IMG/VR virus record: IMGVR_UViG_3300008110_000512
Span: 1 to 39,186 of that record
Source of the DNA: a virus
Lineage: Duplodnaviria; Caudoviricetes
Direction: 5' to 3' (one strand)
DNA length: 39,186 nt
Shown here: positions 34,226 through 39,186 of the stretch, piece after piece
Layout: each line of letters opens with the position of its first letter
How positions within the stretch are numbered: position 1 is the first letter of the stretch
Notes under the pieces: model-generated
The model's database searches: none
What the model was told of the DNA's origin: nothing
What the model saw: only the letters and a program-made list of their open reading frames with translations
Translations under genes and position numbers: made by a program

Positions 34226-35083
34226 TCAGAAACCACGAAGTTGCTGACGCTCTGCCAGTTGTGCCGCCGTAAGGCTAGCATCAGATCCGTTGCCGCCGAA
34301 CGGATTCGCGAAACCGCTTCCAGCCCAACTGCCGAGAGCAGAACCGCCGACGCTCATCAGCATTCCTCCGAACGCCGCCGTGGCCTGACCAGCCAACTGG
34401 GCCTGCGCCGTGCGAGCGCCGAAGTATCCAGACAACCCCATGCCGCGTGCCCCGAAGGACTGCTGCTGGCGGGCCATCTCGGCACCCGTGATCTGGGATC
34501 CATAGTTCTGGAACAGACCACTGGTGCCCTGAGCCATCTGGGCACCCATCTGGGCGATGCCCGTTCCGTACTGCATCGTCATCCCGCTCAGGCCAGCCGC
34601 ACGCTGGGCCTCCAGTGCGGACAACTGACTGGCGTACTGCTCGCGGACAAGACCCTCCTGTAGCGCTCCCTGCGTTCCGATGTTCGTCACATTGCGCTGA
34701 CCGAACGTCGTCATGCCAAGTCCACTGAAAGCCTGACGGGCGGTCGTCGCCTGCTGCTGGCGGGCGACGGTCTGGCGGAGCATCTCGATGGTCGACTCGC
34801 GGCCAGTCCGCATCTCGGTCAAAGCCTTGTCCATGCCCGTGCCGTACTGCTCCTGAGCCTGCCTGAAGGCGTCGCTGTACTGGCGCATCGAGGACTCAAG
34901 GTCCGTGCGGTAGCGACTGATGTTCTGCTCCCTGAACTGGGAGATCTGGGAGATGATCGGATCAAATGATCGCTCGATGTCGGTGGCGAACTGGCCGTAG
35001 CGGTTCATGTAGTCCTGCTTCAGCCGACCCATCGCCTTCTTCTTGCTGTCGCTGCCGAAGAATAGTTCTGTAAAGAACCCCAT
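34226..35083 (-). CDS. Ejection/pilot protein
   Basis: Start ATG 35083 (MGFFTELFFGS), TAATG-coupled. Gln/Ala/Gly-rich with a hydrophobic Gly-rich C-terminal segment. Confidence 0.6.
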   Translation of the reverse strand: MGFFTELFFGSDSKKKAMGRLKQDYMNRYGQFATDIERSFDPIISQISQFREQNISRYRTDLESSMRQYSDAFRQAQEQYGTGMDKALTEMRTGRESTIEMLRQTVARQQQATTARQAFSGLGMTTFGQRNVTNIGTQGALQEGLVREQYASQLSALEAQRAAGLSGMTMQYGTGIAQMGAQMAQGTSGLFQNYGSQITGAEMARQQQSFGARGMGLSGYFGARTAQAQLAGQATAAFGGMLMSVGGSALGSWAGSGFANPFGGNGSDASLTAAQLAERQQLRGF

Positions 35084-37353
35084 TAGGTCGCTCCTCTGCT
35101 CTTGCCGACCTGCGAGAGCAGGACGGACATGCGCTCGACGGACCAAGGACGCCCGTCGCTTGCGATTGTCAGGTACATGGCTTCCGATCGGACTCGGGCC
35201 TTGATCGCCTCGTTCCGACCCACGTTGAGTTCGCCGATTTCAATGATCTCTGCGTCCGAGAACGACGCACCAGACACCTCGGCGATGTCGCCCTTGTCGG
35301 TGGGCGGAGGGTTCTGGATCATGTTCGCCAACTGTCCGTTCGGCGTGGACGGGTCGCCGTTCTGCTTCTCGTACTCCGTCTCGTCGGAGATTTCGCCTTC
35401 CCACACGATCCGCCAAGCGGATGACGTGTACTCAAGCGTGTAGTCAGACGGTCCGTCGTAGACAGCCGCTGTCCCGCTCGTGAATGGGTTGGCCTTCGTG
35501 TACACGCCGAATGGGCGGGTGGCGAACCGACCATCCACGCGGCGATCCTGAGCGGTCGCGTCGCGGCTTCCGCCGTCGTACAGAATGAACGACGCAGGCG
35601 GAGTCCTGTCCTCGCCGTCGACGACCAGTTCGTTCAACTGCGAGACGAACAGGGCATCCGACCGAAGTCCGATCGCGCCCTGAGCCGTGTCGCCCTTGCT
35701 GACGGACAGGATGGGCGCGGTGCTCGGATCCGTCTCTGTGGACGGAACCTCGTACTGGTCCTCAGCGAGATCGACTCTGACTTCCTGAAGCAGCATGCGC
35801 TGCGCCAGAGGAGCGATGATCGGTCCGACCGTCAGGCTGTTCCGCACGAACTGCGTGCGCTTCTGCGTATCGGTCATTCCAGCCGTGTAGCCGTCGATGC
35901 CGATCGGATACCCGCGGTCGATGATGCTGATGCCGTCGGCACTGGCAAGGAACAACTTGCCCAGTTTGGACCTGCTCGAACCGACGTACAGGGCATTCGT
36001 CGGACCGTACATGTTCGGATCCGCCAGCCGCTGAGGCCAGAACGAGTCCGTCTTGACGTCATAGTACATGTGGATCGACTGCTGCTCTGACCCAGATACC
36101 GTGAGCAGGATCCACAGACCCTCTCGGTCTTCGTCCCAGACCAGCGTCGGGTAGACCTCTCCGTTGGTCAATCCACCGACAAGGGACTCGGCGACCTCCG
36201 CCGCCGAGATCTCGCCAGTGCTCGGCGATGGGTCGATGTTCTTGTTCGCGTCGAGGATGACCTTGCTGGCACCAGAACCACTACCGATCGACCGCAGGGT
36301 TCCGCCAGCCAGAACGCCGCTGCCGCCGATGACGGGGGCGCCGAAGTCCAGCCGAAGGAAGAACGAATCCAGACGTCCAGCGGAGATGCGGCTTCCGCGG
36401 TTGAAGTTGAAGTCGTTCGGGGTCAGGTAGTACAGGCCGTCGTTGGCGAGGACGTACGCCGCCTTCTCCTGACCGAAACACCAAGCGTTCGGGCCCGCGA
36501 TGCCGATCGACTTCGTCAGGCGCACGATCTGCGCCGACGCATCAAACTCTGGATCGCTGGTCATGTACTCGAACGAGTTGGTGCAGGCGAACATCAGGCC
36601 AGTCTGGCCGAACGGAAAGATGGCGACGATCGGGTCGCCCACGCTTCCGAACGCCTCTGTTCCCGTCGTGCCGCCAATGGCACCGATACCGCCGTTGGCG
36701 GGATTCCATCCGTCGGTCGACGATCCGCCATGAATGCTGTACGGAAGATCTGGAGCGCAGGCGAACCAGATTGTCGGGGCAATCTTGTACCCTGAAAGAA
36801 CAAGTCTGGCACCCCATTTGACGATCAGAGTAGCCCTGTCGCCAGCGGCGGCTCCAGTAGGATCGGTCCCATATGGACCAGTTCCTCCACCTGAAGTATC
36901 CCCCCACTGCGTAACGCCAGCAGCGCTTGTGCTTGTTCCAGTCGGGTCATCCAGATGCGCTTCTGCGTAGTTGGTTCCATCCACGAAGAAGAAGGCATCT
37001 GAATACTGAACACCCCTGACGATTCCAGTGGTGCTCAGTTTCGCAGTGGCCTGATTGGACATCAGTGTCCAACTGGGAGTCGAGGACTGAGGGTCGCCGT
37101 AGTAGACCTTGCCCGCGCGGACCATGATGAGGCGCTCGACGAGATTCGTGCCCTCGTAGATCCTGTACGAACCAAGGAACTGGACGCCAGTGGTGTCCCA
37201 GCGCTTGGATCCCTGACGGGTGCCGATGCGCGTCCGTCCGTTGAACACATCCACGGGCATCACGTTCAGGCATGACGGCGTCATGCCTTCTGGAACCGAA
37301 CTGTACGAGTTCTGCTCCGTGAAGCCCTTGAACGGAAGTTGGACGGGAATCAT
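35083..37353 (-). CDS. Tail nozzle / tail tubular protein B (P22 gp10/T7 gp12-like)
   Basis: About 756 aa, beta-propeller-like. MIPVQLPFKG...CLNV, FFFVDG and C-terminal YLTIAS..PWSVERM. Confidence 0.7.
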   Translation of the reverse strand: MIPVQLPFKGFTEQNSYSSVPEGMTPSCLNVMPVDVFNGRTRIGTRQGSKRWDTTGVQFLGSYRIYEGTNLVERLIMVRAGKVYYGDPQSSTPSWTLMSNQATAKLSTTGIVRGVQYSDAFFFVDGTNYAEAHLDDPTGTSTSAAGVTQWGDTSGGGTGPYGTDPTGAAAGDRATLIVKWGARLVLSGYKIAPTIWFACAPDLPYSIHGGSSTDGWNPANGGIGAIGGTTGTEAFGSVGDPIVAIFPFGQTGLMFACTNSFEYMTSDPEFDASAQIVRLTKSIGIAGPNAWCFGQEKAAYVLANDGLYYLTPNDFNFNRGSRISAGRLDSFFLRLDFGAPVIGGSGVLAGGTLRSIGSGSGASKVILDANKNIDPSPSTGEISAAEVAESLVGGLTNGEVYPTLVWDEDREGLWILLTVSGSEQQSIHMYYDVKTDSFWPQRLADPNMYGPTNALYVGSSRSKLGKLFLASADGISIIDRGYPIGIDGYTAGMTDTQKRTQFVRNSLTVGPIIAPLAQRMLLQEVRVDLAEDQYEVPSTETDPSTAPILSVSKGDTAQGAIGLRSDALFVSQLNELVVDGEDRTPPASFILYDGGSRDATAQDRRVDGRFATRPFGVYTKANPFTSGTAAVYDGPSDYTLEYTSSAWRIVWEGEISDETEYEKQNGDPSTPNGQLANMIQNPPPTDKGDIAEVSGASFSDAEIIEIGELNVGRNEAIKARVRSEAMYLTIASDGRPWSVERMSVLLSQVGKSRGAT

Positions 37354-37355
37354 TG

Positions 37356-38435
37356 TCACGATGTGCGCACCAGAACCGCGTGGAATGCAGTCGATAGGGT
37401 CGTCGGCGGACTTGCTCCGCCGCCAACCGCCGTTGCCGTGCAGTCGCTGGAGTTGACGTCGATCTTGGCGTAGTGGCCCGTCGACAGGGTCACGATTCCA
37501 GTCCACTGCCCCGCCGCAGCCCGCAGGTTGCCCAGACCAGCCGTTCCGCCAGACAGGGAGAAGAGTCCGCTCGTCGTCTTTCCAGCAACCTGTAGGCTGA
37601 TGCTTGTCCCGTTCACGATCAGGAGCGCGGTGACACCGACTCGGGTTCCGACCTCAAGGTAGTTGACCGTGACCGCTCCCTGCTGGCTACCAAAGACTGG
37701 GTCGTTGACGTTCGTAATAAATCCCGACGTCATGTTGAGGTCGCCGCCGACCTCAAGGTTCGACGACATCGTGACGCCGCCAGCAGCGCCGACAGTCACA
37801 CGGGTCGATCCAGCCGTTGCGATCGACAGTGCGTTGTCCGCGGAGAAGAAGATACCAGTGTCCGTATCTCCGTTATTCGTGATGGATGGCGCATTAGCCG
37901 TACCGTCCGCTGCGGAAATAATCCCCTTTGCGTCGAGGTTCGTGCAGGTGATGGCCGTTCCATTGGAGGCGTCAGCCGCCCAGTTGGTCACGGCGCTCCA
38001 CGCACGCCACGCAGCGGCACCAGTGTCGTAGACACGGACGTAGTGCTTGGACGGTACGGTCCCATTGCCCTCCGTGGACAGCCACTGGACGATCGTATCG
38101 TTCGTGGTCCCGAACACGTTGTTGAGGACCGTCACCTGACCGTCGTCGGCGACGAACGTGATCGGGGCGTTGGTCACGATCCCCGTTCCAGACGACCAGA
38201 CGTAGCGCCCCCGCAGGTTGGCCGAGTTCAGATCGGTGATGCCCGTGGAACTGCGCTCTGGAACCGTGCCCTGAAGGTAGTCGGTGTTGGTCCAAGTGCT
38301 GCTTCCGTCCTGTCGACCGATCTTGATGCCCTTGACGACGCCGCTCGCATCGAAGTCGACACCGACCTCGCCCGCGGCGAGCGTGTCGGTCCCGACCCAT
38401 GCGGCGTCACGGCGGAGTTGGATCTTGGCGCTCAC
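37356..38435 (-). CDS. Tail fibre / receptor-binding protein
   Basis: N-terminal KIQLRRD..W...LAAGEVGV...KIG (Mtd-N/hyaluronidase-N-like), and DGTANAPSITNNGDTDTGIF repeat. Confidence 0.75.
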   Translation of the reverse strand: MSAKIQLRRDAAWVGTDTLAAGEVGVDFDASGVVKGIKIGRQDGSSTWTNTDYLQGTVPERSSTGITDLNSANLRGRYVWSSGTGIVTNAPITFVADDGQVTVLNNVFGTTNDTIVQWLSTEGNGTVPSKHYVRVYDTGAAAWRAWSAVTNWAADASNGTAITCTNLDAKGIISAADGTANAPSITNNGDTDTGIFFSADNALSIATAGSTRVTVGAAGGVTMSSNLEVGGDLNMTSGFITNVNDPVFGSQQGAVTVNYLEVGTRVGVTALLIVNGTSISLQVAGKTTSGLFSLSGGTAGLGNLRAAAGQWTGIVTLSTGHYAKIDVNSSDCTATAVGGGASPPTTLSTAFHAVLVRTS

Positions 38436-38668
38436 TTGGTTTCCTCCTCGACGTACGAACTGGGAACGATGTACCAGCCCTCAGGCAGACCGATCTGGTT
38501 GCCGCTCAACACCCACTTGCCGTCGACGCGCACCCATACGCGGGCGCGGACGTCGGGACCGAGCCGCATCGGGCTGTCCTCTGGGACGAACACCGTGCGG
38601 TTATTTCCGCAGCCACTCGCGAAGCCGAGCACCAGCACGGCGAAGAGAATCGCGATCAGGATCGGCAT
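38432..38668 (-). CDS. Lipoprotein, o-spanin-like
   Basis: MPILIAILFAVLVLGFASGC lipobox; start lies inside the upstream ORF in another frame. Confidence 0.6.
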   Translation of the reverse strand: MPILIAILFAVLVLGFASGCGNNRTVFVPEDSPMRLGPDVRARVWVRVDGKWVLSGNQIGLPEGWYIVPSSYVEEETK

Positions 38669-38753
38669 CCACAGCGTTCTGGTCGGCTGATATTCGGCGA
38701 TCCAGCCACGCGATGAGCGCGACCGTGACCTGCGCGACGATGCGTTCGAGCAT
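38601..38753 (-). CDS. Small N-terminally hydrophobic protein, i-spanin-like (50 aa)
   Basis: MLERIVAQVTVALIAWLDRRISADQNAVDADPDRDSLRRAGARLREWLRK; RBS GGAG; not in the ORF track. Confidence 0.55.
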   Translation of the reverse strand: MLERIVAQVTVALIAWLDRRISADQNAVDADPDRDSLRRAGARLREWLRK

Positions 38754-38790
38754 GGAGCGTTCTCCGAGTACCAGTCGTCGTAGTCGTATG

Positions 38791-38991
38791 TCACTTGGCC
38801 CCCGCGGCCTCAGAAGTCACACCGTTGTCGCGGGCGAAGAGCAATCCAACGCCTGCGATGACCGCGGCAATGACCGCTCCCCAATCGGGAAGCGTCGCGG
38901 GATCGTTGTCGAACATCGCGGTCATGGCGCTTCCAGCAGCCACGAGAACCGCGCCGATGCCAGCCGCGCTCGTCTTCCAAGATCCGCTCAT
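38791..38991 (-). CDS. Holin-like two-TM protein
   Basis: SWKTSAAGIG...GLLFARD pattern; 66 aa with two hydrophobic segments. Confidence 0.65.
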   Translation of the reverse strand: MSGSWKTSAAGIGAVLVAAGSAMTAMFDNDPATLPDWGAVIAAVIAGVGLLFARDNGVTSEAAGAK

Positions 38992-39186
38992 TTGATCGTC
39001 CTCTCTAGGTTCTCCAGCCTGCGCTGGATGTCTTCCAGTGTCTTGCTGTGCGTGGCGTCCGCCACGGCGGCTGATGCCTGAGCACGGGCAAGGTCGTTCA
39101 CGACCGTCGCCAGTTTGTCCAGATCCGTCCGAGCCCTGTCCAACTGCTCCGTCTTTCCCCCGAACGTGAACAACACCGCCGCGATG
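38988..39186 (-). CDS. Membrane-anchored coiled-coil protein; 5' partial
   Basis: Frame open to the window end (..IAAVLFTFGG) followed by a heptad coil ending RLENLERTIK. Confidence 0.55.
   Translation of the reverse strand, partial: IAAVLFTFGGKTEQLDRARTDLDKLATVVNDLARAQASAAVADATHSKTLEDIQRRLENLERTIK

Noticed and set aside
37356-38435. Diversity-generating retroelement target (Mtd-like N-terminus)
   Set aside because: No reverse transcriptase and no template/variable repeat pair seen in the window.
38669-38794. N-terminal extension of the lipoprotein ORF given in the track (38432..38794)
   Set aside because: It would bury the signal peptide. The region is better explained by the overlapping 38601..38753 ORF with its own RBS.
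1-39186. Alternative genetic code
   Set aside because: Genes are full-length and tightly coupled under the standard bacterial code.

Overview
This window is most of a GC-rich, podovirus-like tailed phage genome, opened inside the virion module so that both ends cut through genes. A leftward late arm starts near 11.67 kb: terS, terL, small basic proteins/HNH, two paralogous lectin-like proteins, portal, scaffold, major capsid, cement and an adaptor-fibre fusion. It probably resumes at the right end with a membrane protein, holin, spanin pair, fibre, tail nozzle, three ejection proteins and a 3388-aa polyvalent protein carrying zincin, ART-like and LPD38-like modules. A rightward arm (11.8-22.0 kb) holds an early accessory region followed by DUF932, an RHH regulator, a RecE-like exonuclease, Bet, a DnaA-IV-like HTH, a DUF1376 initiator with iteron-like repeats, and RusA. 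The most striking unexplained structure is the early region (11.7-17.6 kb). It has five near-identical sigma70 promoter cassettes with a 5'-terminal hairpin, four intergenic hairpins with different stems but an invariant ATGCGAC loop, a shared start-associated motif, and duplicated 35-aa membrane peptides. No integrase, DNA polymerase, helicase, endolysin, tRNA, CRISPR array or reverse transcriptase was recognised. All family calls come from motif recognition by eye, not database searches.
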